A stretch of 24,000 nucleotides of DNA from Bacillus sp. DJP31 (GTDB taxonomy: Bacteria; Bacillota; Bacilli; Bacillales; SA4), in contig NZ_JBMERO010000010.1 in assembly GCF_049310945.1 (NCBI RefSeq), positions 118,070 to 142,069 of the forward strand, in the 5' to 3' direction. This document shows positions 8,703 through 17,336 of this stretch, in pieces; the first letter of the stretch is position 1, and each line of letters opens with the position of its first letter. Position numbers and translations under genes: made by a program. The notes beneath the pieces are model-generated. The model was not told where the DNA came from. It did no database searches and worked only from the letters and a program-made list of their open reading frames with translations.

Positions 8703-8719
8703 TCTAAAGATTCTTTAGA
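8703..8719. promoter_or_regulatory. Perfect 8-1-8 palindrome TCTAAAGA-T-TCTTTAGA immediately upstream of the crp-family gene RBS
   Basis: Read directly at 8703-8719. The RBS AAAGGAG follows at 8722-8728 and the ATG at 8735. Confidence 0.4.
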
Positions 8720-8734
8720 CAGAAAGGAGTCTAC

Positions 8735-9415
8735 ATGGATAAATTATTTCTATTGTCACAAATAAGCCTCTTAGATGAACTACCAATGGAAGAATTACAA
8801 ATCATTGATGAAATGAGTGAAATGAAGCCTGTCAAAAAAGGGGTCCTTATTTTCTCACCAGAAAAACCGATTGAGGCACTATTTCTATTAAAAAAAGGTC
8901 AGGTACGCTTATATAAAATTAACCAAAGCGGAAAACAATTTACTGTAGATATCTTAGTAGATGGAAACATCTTTGGAGAAACTTCAACATTATCAGTAAC
9001 TGACGATAATACGTATGCTGAAGCAATGACAGACACATATCTATGTATGATTAGTAAAACAGAATTTGAAACATTTATTGAAAAAAACCCTAAGATTGCC
9101 ATTAAATTAATTAATATATTATCAACAAGACTTAAAGAGCTTTATAGTCTTAGTGAAAAAATTGCCTTGGGCGATGTACGATATCGAATTATTTATCTGT
9201 TACTAAAGTTGAGTGAAAAAACGGGTAGAAGAAAAAATGAATGGCAAACGATTGAAATGAAAATAACCCATCAGGATGTCGCAAACATGGTTGGATCTAC
9301 AAGAGAAACGACAAGCGCAATCATGAGTCAACTTAAAAAAGAAGGATACATCAAAAAAACATTGCGTTTAGCCGTCCATGTAGATCGAGTAAATGAAATA
9401 TTAAATGATTTATAG
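8735..9415 (+). CDS. Crp/Fnr-family transcriptional regulator (cNMP-binding domain + HTH)
   Basis: Beta-barrel effector domain (LFLLKKGQVRLYK...IFGE) and a C-terminal HTH ITHQDVANMVGSTRETTSAIMSQLKKEG. There is no Cys cluster, so it is not a Bacillus Fnr-type Fe-S sensor. Confidence 0.9.
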   Translation: MDKLFLLSQISLLDELPMEELQIIDEMSEMKPVKKGVLIFSPEKPIEALFLLKKGQVRLYKINQSGKQFTVDILVDGNIFGETSTLSVTDDNTYAEAMTDTYLCMISKTEFETFIEKNPKIAIKLINILSTRLKELYSLSEKIALGDVRYRIIYLLLKLSEKTGRRKNEWQTIEMKITHQDVANMVGSTRETTSAIMSQLKKEGYIKKTLRLAVHVDRVNEILNDL

Positions 9416-9420
9416 AGTTA

Positions 9421-9452
9421 GAGAGTGAGCTTCTATTTACCTCACTCTTTTC
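9421..9452 (+). terminator. Hairpin terminator between convergent genes
   Basis: AGAGTGAG (9422-9429) pairs with CTCACTCT (9441-9448), followed by TTTCTT. It abuts the stop codon of the minus-strand oxidoreductase. Confidence 0.5.
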
Positions 9453-10877
9453 TTATCGAAACCATTGGATATATTTTTTAATGAGTTTAGGTATCCACCC
9501 TGTAAACAGAGCTTCTCGCCAATATACATCTGCCGTTCGTTGTACAGCTGCAGCATGATTTGGATAGGGGTGAATGACTTGAGAAATATCTCCTAGTTTT
9601 CTTTTATATTGCTTTGCAAAGACCACTTCTTGCATCCAATCTCCAGCACCTTTTCCGATTGCATGTGCGCCAATAATATATCCCTTTTTATCAGTTAAGA
9701 TTTTTACTAAACCGTTTGTCTCATGATCAGTAACAAAACGATCTACATCGTCTAAATTAATTTTATATACGTTATTCTCTATGTTTTTTGCGTTTGCTTC
9801 TTCTTCTGTTAACCCTAAATGAAAAATTTCTGGAGACAAATACGTATTCCATGGGACCGTTTCATAGCTTACTTTTCTTCTTAAACCTAATACAGCATTT
9901 TGTACAATAAGCTTCCCTTCCATTCCAGCAACATGAGTAAAGGGCATTTTTCCTACTACATCCCCAATTGCGTAAATAGAAGGAATATTTGTTTGCAAAG
10001 AATCATTTACGATAATATGCCCTTTTTCACTTGTTTTCACATTCACATTCTGTAATGCTAAAGAATCCGTATTTGGCACCCTGCCAACTGCAACTAGTAT
10101 TTCATCTACAGGGATTTCAAGTATCTTTTCATCTCTTTTTATTTTTACTATCTTTTGATTATTTTCGATTTCAACCTCCAAAGCGGAGGCATTTGTATAG
10201 ATCGTTATTTCCTTAGATAGTATATCAGTTGCCAAATTCCTGATTTCATGATCTTCACGTAGTAAAATATCCGGTGAACGTTCTACTACTGTTACATTAC
10301 TTCCTAGCCTTGACATCGCTTGGGCCATTTCTAGACCAACAGGACCCCCACCAACCACAAGTAAGCTTTCGGGTAAATGCTCTAGATCAAAAATGGTTTC
10401 ATTTGTGATAAAACCAGCTTCCTTTAAACCTTTAATAGGTGGAATAAAAGGTCTTGAACCTGTAGAAATGACGATTCGCTTTCCATATATCACTTCTTCT
10501 CCACTAATTTGAACTTCATGTTTTGATCGAAAGCTTCCTTTGCCTATAAAAACATCAATTCCTAATTTTTTAAATCGGTCAGCATCATCGTGCCTTTGAA
10601 TCGTTGAAATCGCATCTTTTGTTCTCTTTTTAACTTGCTTCATATCAATGGTACCTTCTAAGGTAAAACCAAGGTTCGCTATTTTTTTAGCATCATGTAC
10701 CATTCTAGCTGTTTCAATTAGAGCCTTTGATGGCACACATCCATAATGTAAGCAATCTCCACCAGGCTGCTTTTCTTTCTCTATCAGAGCAACTTTAGCA
10801 CCTAATGAAGCAGCACCAGCTGCAGCAGTTAGTCCTCCAGCTCCCCCACCTATTACAACTAGGTCATATTTTTTCAC
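9453..10877 (-). CDS. Class-I flavoprotein disulfide reductase (dihydrolipoyl dehydrogenase / mercuric reductase-like)
   Basis: N-terminal GGGAGG FAD fold, redox-active GGDCLHYGCVPSK (CxxxxC), a second Rossmann VVGGGPVGLE, GDV, and the C-terminal dimerisation motif HPYP. GTG start at 10877 follows AAGGGAGAGG. Confidence 0.9.
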   Translation of the reverse strand: MKKYDLVVIGGGAGGLTAAAGAASLGAKVALIEKEKQPGGDCLHYGCVPSKALIETARMVHDAKKIANLGFTLEGTIDMKQVKKRTKDAISTIQRHDDADRFKKLGIDVFIGKGSFRSKHEVQISGEEVIYGKRIVISTGSRPFIPPIKGLKEAGFITNETIFDLEHLPESLLVVGGGPVGLEMAQAMSRLGSNVTVVERSPDILLREDHEIRNLATDILSKEITIYTNASALEVEIENNQKIVKIKRDEKILEIPVDEILVAVGRVPNTDSLALQNVNVKTSEKGHIIVNDSLQTNIPSIYAIGDVVGKMPFTHVAGMEGKLIVQNAVLGLRRKVSYETVPWNTYLSPEIFHLGLTEEEANAKNIENNVYKINLDDVDRFVTDHETNGLVKILTDKKGYIIGAHAIGKGAGDWMQEVVFAKQYKRKLGDISQVIHPYPNHAAAVQRTADVYWREALFTGWIPKLIKKYIQWFR

Positions 10878-10893
10878 TGTATAAACCTCTCCC

Positions 10894-11475
10894 TTACTTC
10901 AATATTTTCTTTGCTTCTAAAAAACGCTGACATCCTGTAAACACTTCTATCACAAAAAAGATTAAAATAATCGGCAATAAATAGTCTGGAAATACCATCA
11001 TAAGTGTTAAGAAAATAAATCCTTCCGTTCTTTCTGCTAATCCAGCTTGATAATAAAAACTTTTCAGTCCTTGCTTATCTGACACAGCTCCAACTGTAAG
11101 AAATATAGTAATTGAAAAAATAATTGAAACACTTAACAGTAAAAGTGCCCATTGAACATCTGGAAAAACAAATGCAATTCCTAAAATCACACTGATTTCT
11201 ACTAATCGGTCAAATGTAACATCCATTACCGTTCCGAATGGTGATGTTTGTGTTTCCCTGGCCATTGTTCCATCCACCGCATCTAAAAATCCGGATAACC
11301 AGAGGACAATAACAGCGACAATCGTAAGTCCAAAATAGTAGAACACACCCGAGGATGCACCAATAATAAACGAGATAATTGTGACTTGATTAGGAGTCAG
11401 CCCTACTTTTAAAAGTGCTTTTGCCGCACCACCAATGAATGGTTGTACATATTTTCTTGCATGGGTATCAAGCAT
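10894..11475 (-). CDS. CDP-alcohol phosphatidyltransferase family protein
   Basis: Signature D-x2-DG-x2-AR...G-x3-D-x3-D is present as LDAVDGTMARETQTSPFGTVMDVTFDRL. ATG 11475 follows GGAGAGG and overlaps the upstream stop (ATGCTTGA). The ATG at 11490 in the ORF track has a poorer RBS. Confidence 0.85.
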   Translation of the reverse strand: MLDTHARKYVQPFIGGAAKALLKVGLTPNQVTIISFIIGASSGVFYYFGLTIVAVIVLWLSGFLDAVDGTMARETQTSPFGTVMDVTFDRLVEISVILGIAFVFPDVQWALLLLSVSIIFSITIFLTVGAVSDKQGLKSFYYQAGLAERTEGFIFLTLMMVFPDYLLPIILIFFVIEVFTGCQRFLEAKKILK

Positions 11476-12140
11476 TGTTATCCTCTCCATTCTTTATAAT
11501 CCCTAGTTTTTCTTTCAATGAAGAACTAACCATAATTGGGACAATTGCAACGACTACAAAAACAAGTATGGCCAGAACTATCATCCACCAAGAGGATGCT
11601 AAAAGACTAGATCCGAGAAAGTTATAAGCGAATGTTTCCATGTATGATTCCGATAACTGTCGCAACAAGGAAATGAGAAAAGCGGACCTTTGACAATCCT
11701 GATAGATAACTGATCATGTCGAAGTTAAAGAGAGGCATTAATCTAAGGAGAAGAACATAGAGAAATCCATTGTTTTTAAGCTGTTTTTCAATGACTTCGC
11801 CTTTACCCTTCCATTTTGCCTTCACGTATTTACTTCCTAGCATTCGTGCAATATAGAAAGCAAGAATAGCTCCCCCTGTTGCCCCAATAATGGTATAAAT
11901 CGTTCCCCAAAAAGTTCCAAATGCTAAGCCTGCCGATAAAGAAAGAATGGAAGCAGGAAACAAAATAAGAGGACGAATACTGTAGATTAAAATAAAAATG
12001 ACTGGTGCAAACAATCCAAATGACAATATCCACTCTCGAATTGTTTGGGGATGTATATTTAAGTAAGAATGATTGAACCAAATTAAGCCTATAATGACAA
12101 TTAAAGCTACTCCTATATTCAACATTGATTTTCGATTCAT
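11468..12140 (-). pseudogene. TVP38/TMEM64 (DedA-superfamily, SNARE-associated) membrane protein, +1 frameshift near 11635-11637
   Basis: ORF 11622..12140 ends ...VATVIGIIHGNIRL*. ORF 11468..11668 in another frame carries the missing C-terminus ETFAYNFLGSSLL... plus a final TM helix. Removing one A from GGAAACA gives IHGTFAYNFLG, colinear with the intact paralog at 22371 (VPGTIAYTVIG). Confidence 0.8.
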
Positions 12141-13123
12141 TCTCTTCCTCTCTTTTCTTTAAAATGAACAATATCCGTCGAATGTCTGACTCCAACTAGG
12201 AGTCGCATCCTTAATGTGTATTGCTGTTTTTCATCGCAAAGTAATGTGATGGATGTATTTAGGTCTTGAAGAAAAACAGTAACATATTGTTTTCCATACT
12301 TGTAGAAAGTATTTGTAACGATTCCTTCAAAGCTTAAATGAAAATCCCCTTCCGAATTTGCCATTAATTTACGAATAGGAACAAAATGATTTGAGTCTAT
12401 TAACAATCCTTCTGAAAAATACTTTGCAACACTTTCATTTTTAGGATAGTGATATACATCATGAGGTACACCTATTTGTTGAATTCCGCCTTCAGCAAAT
12501 ACCGCAACTTTATCTCCCATAATCATGGCTTCTTCTGTATCATGAGTAACAAACAGGGTTGTGACACCTTGCTCCATTAATAAAGTCTTTACCCACTCTC
12601 TTAGCTGCTGTCTAAGCTGTTTATCTAAGCTACTAAACGGTTCATCTAAAAGTAGTAATTCTGGCTCTAGGATTAATGCTCTTGCTAAAGATGCTCGTTG
12701 TTTTTGGCCACCAGATAGTTCATGAGGATAATGCTCACTATAAGAATGTAGGTCTACCTTTTTTATATATTCGTTTACTTTATGCATTCGTTCATCTATT
12801 TTCATGTTTGTAAATAACAAACCATACTCTATATTTTCTCTAATTGTCATATGCGGAAACAACAGTGCCTGCTGAAACATCATCACAATCGGTCTTTTAT
12901 TAGCTGGAAGATTTGTGAAATCTTTATCATTAATAATAACTTTACCAGAGGAAACAGACTCTAAACCTGCAATGCATTTTAATAATGTTGATTTTCCAGT
13001 ACCTGAAGGACCAACAATACTAATGATTTCTCCTGGATGGATGAGAAGATTCACATCTTTGAATATCACATTCTTTTTATATTCTTTTTTTAGCGAATGT
13101 AATTGTATGGTGTTACCTTTCAT
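12137..13123 (-). CDS. ABC transporter ATP-binding protein (YnjD/PotA-like, with C-terminal regulatory domain)
   Basis: Walker A GPSGTGKST, signature LSGGQKQRASLARAL, Walker B LLLLDEP. ATG 13123 lies 6 nt after AGGAGGTG. Its stop overlaps the TVP38 start (ATGA at 12137-12140). Confidence 0.9.
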   Translation of the reverse strand: MKGNTIQLHSLKKEYKKNVIFKDVNLLIHPGEIISIVGPSGTGKSTLLKCIAGLESVSSGKVIINDKDFTNLPANKRPIVMMFQQALLFPHMTIRENIEYGLLFTNMKIDERMHKVNEYIKKVDLHSYSEHYPHELSGGQKQRASLARALILEPELLLLDEPFSSLDKQLRQQLREWVKTLLMEQGVTTLFVTHDTEEAMIMGDKVAVFAEGGIQQIGVPHDVYHYPKNESVAKYFSEGLLIDSNHFVPIRKLMANSEGDFHLSFEGIVTNTFYKYGKQYVTVFLQDLNTSITLLCDEKQQYTLRMRLLVGVRHSTDIVHFKEKRGRE

Positions 13124-13946
13124 AAAGATCACCTCCTACTTTAGACTTTTTATAGTAAGGAACTAGTATTCTAAACAACATTTCTGACAAGCCCATCATA
13201 GCAATTGGAATTAAAGCAAATAGGATAGAAACGCTAGCAATCATCGTTTCATTTACGGTCGAAAAATAAGGAAAATAAATCATCGCTAACGTGATGACGC
13301 TTCCTCCACCTATAATGGCTGTTAGAGCATACTGACTTAGTGAAATGACCGTTACGAGGAAAACAACACTTCGTAAACTAGGTAATAAAAGAGGAAAGTA
13401 AATATGATGAAGAATTGTCATATTGCTTGCTCCTAGTGTTCTAGCTTGGCTCTCTAAGTGAGGTCCGATACTATCAAAACCAGATCGTAATATTCTTATA
13501 GAATAGGGAACTGTTGGGATCAGATGAACAAGACTTACCCCTAGCCAGTTGTCTGTTAAACCAAACCTGATCATCGTGATATGAATCCCCATCACCATGG
13601 CAAGGCTAGGAAATAGAATAGGTAAATAGAGAAAGGTTTCAAATAAGGCTTTTCCTTTGAACGTATCATGCGCCAACACTTTGGCAGCTGGTAGGCTTAT
13701 GATAAAGTTTAAAATTAAAACAATTAGATTTAGTCCCATGGAAGTAACAATTGCTTTTAAAATTATGGGATCTGTTACTAACACTTTCCACACATCTAAA
13801 TCTACTTTAAGTAATGAGAAACTCTCCCAGCTCCAACCGCTTGTAATACTTTTAATAGATAAAAAGAGAAACGGAGTAATAAAGAGAAACAATACAAGTA
13901 GGCATGTTGTTTTCACTGTCATTTTTTTTCGCATACTAACTTCCAT
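13113..13946 (-). CDS. ABC transporter permease (second of two)
   Basis: Six hydrophobic segments and an EAA-loop-like ESQARTLGASNMTILHHIYFPLLLP. An alternative start is ATG 13934 (MRKKM...). It overlaps both flanking genes. Confidence 0.85.
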   Translation of the reverse strand: MEVSMRKKMTVKTTCLLVLFLFITPFLFLSIKSITSGWSWESFSLLKVDLDVWKVLVTDPIILKAIVTSMGLNLIVLILNFIISLPAAKVLAHDTFKGKALFETFLYLPILFPSLAMVMGIHITMIRFGLTDNWLGVSLVHLIPTVPYSIRILRSGFDSIGPHLESQARTLGASNMTILHHIYFPLLLPSLRSVVFLVTVISLSQYALTAIIGGGSVITLAMIYFPYFSTVNETMIASVSILFALIPIAMMGLSEMLFRILVPYYKKSKVGGDLYER

Positions 13947-14802
13947 TTCCCTTCATCATCCTATATCTTTTCTGATTAAACAGGAGCTGAGTCGTAATCA
14001 TTATAATAATAACGATCATTGAAAGAAGCGTCATCGCCGCATAGGAAAGTCCTCTATTGCTCCAATTCCCTTCAAAAAACCATTCGTAGGCTAAGACGGG
14101 TAACATCTTAGGATGTGTAGTCCCGAGGAGATAAGGTACTTCTACTGCTGCTAGGACAAATGAAATAATAATAACCGCTGTTTCGACAACAACAGGTAAG
14201 ATCCAAGGCAACTCCACTGTCTTAAATACATCCCAATCGTTTCCACCTAACGTTTTAACAACGTAGGATTGTTCATCATTTACTTGACTGTATATAGGCA
14301 GTAACATTAACACAACAAAAGGTACTTCCTTCCAGACGTAGGTCAGTATAATTCCAATCCCTGTTTGATCTCTAAACATAACAGGAAAATCATTCATCTC
14401 ATTTATCCAGCCTATTTGATGAAGGAGACTTGATAGTAACCCAGATTGAGATAATAAAAGGTATAACATATAACCCCATATAAAATGAGGAAACAACATT
14501 GGAATCCAAACCACTAGCTTTGAGAACTTATTTTTGATGATTTGATGAAGTGACTTTGCTAAAATTACTCCAATAACAATTGAAATGATTGTGGAAATTG
14601 TAGTTACCCATAAACTATAAGAAAGAGAGGCTAGAAAACTCTTATTAGAAAACAACTTCGTGTAATTTTCTAGTGTAACCTCTCCATTTATCTGAAAGCT
14701 TTTTAAAACAGACATACCTATTCCATAACCAACAAAGAACAATGTAAAAATGCAAGCAGGTGCTACTGCCCAAACTGAACTATTCAGCTTGAACGACTTC
14801 AC
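13936..14802 (-). CDS. ABC transporter permease (first of two)
   Basis: Polytopic, with an EAA-loop-like VVKTLGGNDWDVFKTVELPWILP. GTG start at 14802 lies downstream of AAAGGAG and overlaps the SBP gene by 23 nt. Confidence 0.85.
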   Translation of the reverse strand: MKSFKLNSSVWAVAPACIFTLFFVGYGIGMSVLKSFQINGEVTLENYTKLFSNKSFLASLSYSLWVTTISTIISIVIGVILAKSLHQIIKNKFSKLVVWIPMLFPHFIWGYMLYLLLSQSGLLSSLLHQIGWINEMNDFPVMFRDQTGIGIILTYVWKEVPFVVLMLLPIYSQVNDEQSYVVKTLGGNDWDVFKTVELPWILPVVVETAVIIISFVLAAVEVPYLLGTTHPKMLPVLAYEWFFEGNWSNRGLSYAAMTLLSMIVIIIMITTQLLFNQKRYRMMKGNGS

Positions 14803-16024
14803 TTAACCAATTCTCCTTTAACCATTCTACATATTTAGAATCTACTTCAGGTAATCTATGCTTTTGTAATTCTTCTGGAGAAAGAACAGAATGGCCACGG
14901 TCCATACTCGCTAATTTCTTCTGACCTTCTTCTGATAATTTATTTGGATCTAGAGAAATATTTTCACCCCAATAAGTAGAATCGTATTTTGCTAGTTGTG
15001 CTTCTGGTGATAATAAAAAGTTAATGGCAGTCATCGCACCTGCTTTATTCGGACTATTAAAAGGTATGGCTAAAAAATGAGTATTTCCAATCGAACCCGA
15101 CTCAAGGACAAATGATTTCGTAGAAACAGGAAATACTCCGTCTTTTATCTGACTCTCTGCTCTTGCTTCGTTATAACCCATTGTCAACCATACTTCACCT
15201 TGACTGTATAGATGATCTAAATCAGATAGTGTGGCAGGATAAGTCTCACCATTTCTCCATAGATTTGGCTTAATTTCTTTTAAATAATTCCACATGTATT
15301 CTGCTGATGTGTTAACGACTTCTTCGTTAAACCCATCCTTTAATAATACATCATGTCCACCTACAGACTCATAAAGGAGATGACGCAAGAAAGCACTTCC
15401 TGTAAAATCGCCAGCCTCGGGATACGTAAACTTCCCTGGGTTTTCATGTACCCAATCTTGTAGTTCTTTAAAATTACTGGGTGGGGTCGTTATTTTTGCA
15501 CTATCGTATAAAAAGACAAATTGAACTTTTCCCCATGGTGCTTCTAATCCATCGATTTTTGTTCCGAAATCATATTGGCTATCAGCACTTTCGGTATCAA
15601 CAAACTCATTATAATTAGGCATTTTCTCTACGAATGGTCCAAATAAAAGGCCATTCTCTTTTGCATTTTTAAAGTTTTCACCATTAATCCAAATGACATC
15701 AATAGTTCCTTCTTCTTTATTCGTTTCTTTTTCGTTAAGTAGCTTTTGTAAAAATTCATTTGTGTTCATCGGTATTCTTTCAAGCGTCATATTGTACTCT
15801 TGTAACAGTCTTGGTTTTACCCATTCATCCATGTAATTGTTAATACCTTCATCTCCACCCCACATAAAGACTCTAACGTTTGTGTCTTTAGCTTGTTCTG
15901 CCGTTTCATCAAAACTCTGTTCAAGAATGGAAGTTCCATTACTTGTCTGAGTATTGCTACACGCTGTTAAAAAAAAGAGAAATCCTAAAATGATACCTAG
16001 CTTTTTCAATGACAATCTCTCCAT
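14780..16024 (-). CDS. ABC transporter substrate-binding lipoprotein, YnjB family
   Basis: Signal peptide with lipobox LTAC|S. Colinear by eye with E. coli YnjB: VFMWGGDEGINNY / AWGGDERTNAY, IDVIWINGENF / VDLLWVNGENF, EAPWG, FTYPEAGDFTGSAFL / VTYPRPPDFTGTAFL, GNTHFLAIP / GNVHFVTIP. Confidence 0.8.
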   Translation of the reverse strand: MERLSLKKLGIILGFLFFLTACSNTQTSNGTSILEQSFDETAEQAKDTNVRVFMWGGDEGINNYMDEWVKPRLLQEYNMTLERIPMNTNEFLQKLLNEKETNKEEGTIDVIWINGENFKNAKENGLLFGPFVEKMPNYNEFVDTESADSQYDFGTKIDGLEAPWGKVQFVFLYDSAKITTPPSNFKELQDWVHENPGKFTYPEAGDFTGSAFLRHLLYESVGGHDVLLKDGFNEEVVNTSAEYMWNYLKEIKPNLWRNGETYPATLSDLDHLYSQGEVWLTMGYNEARAESQIKDGVFPVSTKSFVLESGSIGNTHFLAIPFNSPNKAGAMTAINFLLSPEAQLAKYDSTYWGENISLDPNKLSEEGQKKLASMDRGHSVLSPEELQKHRLPEVDSKYVEWLKENWLSEVVQAE

Positions 16025-16180
16025 TTCTTTAACATCAATTACTTTATTCCACTCTAATACAATTCATATTCTTTTTCAGTAAGCTTCCTTACAAAAGAAT
16101 TTTATTTTGAGATGTATAGGACATTTTCAAGCTAGCATAATGTAATTTCAGTAATTAATCGATAAAAAGGAGGTTACTAG

Positions 16181-17294
16181 GTGAACATATATCCCAGAAA
16201 AAACTTCATACCTCAAGCACTCCCTCTCCCCTACCGGCAGACTCTACCGATTCCATTACAAAATATTGCTCAAAGTTGGAATACGAATTGGTCAAAAAGC
16301 ACGATCCCACTTACTGAATTGCAACCTGTAAAAAGAAGAGATGAGATACCATCAATAGATATTCCAACATTTGAAACGATTAATGAAGCAAAAAATTGGC
16401 TTCATCCACAAGAGCCCGTTATGGTAGTTGAGATAAATGGAGCTGCACGTGCTTATTCATTACAACTATTAATTTGGCATGAAATTGTTAATGATGTAAT
16501 TAACTCCGTACCAATTGCTGTTACGTATTGTCCTTTATGTAATTCTGCCTTTGTCTTTTCGAGATGGTTTAATAATGGTTTACTTGAGTTTGGAACAACA
16601 GGATTACTTAGAAATTCAAATTTAGTTATGTATGACAGAACTACAGAAAGCTTATGGCAACAATTTACTGGTGTTTCAATTGCTAGGAGAATTTGCTAGA
16701 TCTAGATTGTCATTCATTCCATCTAGTTTAGTTAGTTTTCAAACTTTTTCAACAACCTATCTAAGCGGTGTCGTGTTATCAAAAAAGACTGGCTACGTAA
16801 GAAATTATGGGCAAAATCCTTATTTAAATTATGACGTAATTGGGAGTGTTCCTTTTTTATATTTTGGTCCGATTGACCCTCGATTACCAGCAATGGAGCG
16901 TGTTGTTGGTATTTGGAATCAAGAATCAAGTATCACCTATCCATATTCGGCATTATCAAACAATAAAATCACCTATGGACAACTAGAAAATAGTGAGTTT
17001 GTTATATTTTTTAATGATAAAACAAAAACGGCTGTAGGTAGTAAAAACATTGCAGAATCAAGAAATGTAGGTTCAACAAATGTTTTCCTCCCTATTGCAA
17101 ACGCGAATCGCTTAACTTTTATATATGAAAATAATAAAATAGTAGATCTAGAAACAAGAAGTGAATGGAGTTTGTTAGGTATGGCATTAAGAGGACCCTT
17201 ACGCGGAGTTAAGCTACCAGTTGTTATTCATGGAGATCCTTTTTGGTTTTCCTGGGCTGCTTTCTATCCAAATAATGTGATTAAAAATAAATAA
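16181..17294 (+). pseudogene. DUF3179 domain protein, +1 frameshift near 16685
   Basis: Part 1 (16181..16699) has ARAYSLQLLIWHEIVNDVINSVPIAVTYCPLCNSA...LWQQFTGVSIARRIC*. Part 2 (16632..17294) continues as GEFARSRLSFIPSS... Removing the A in GCT-A-GGA-GAA joins them as TGVSIAGEFARSRL. GTG start at 16181 follows AAGGAGG. Confidence 0.8.
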
Positions 17295-17297
17295 GGA

Positions 17298-17329
17298 CAA
17301 ACTTGTACAGTCAAGTTTGGGCTCTTTTT
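17298..17329. terminator. Hairpin terminator between convergent genes
   Basis: CAAACTTG (17298-17305) pairs with CAAGTTTG (17312-17319) with a 6-nt loop, then GGCTCTTTTT. Confidence 0.5.
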
Positions 17330-17336
17330 AATCCAA

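Noticed and set aside
8735-9415. Assigning the regulator as Fnr (oxygen sensor)
   Set aside because: There is no N- or C-terminal cysteine cluster for an Fe-S centre. Only the generic Crp-family architecture is supported.
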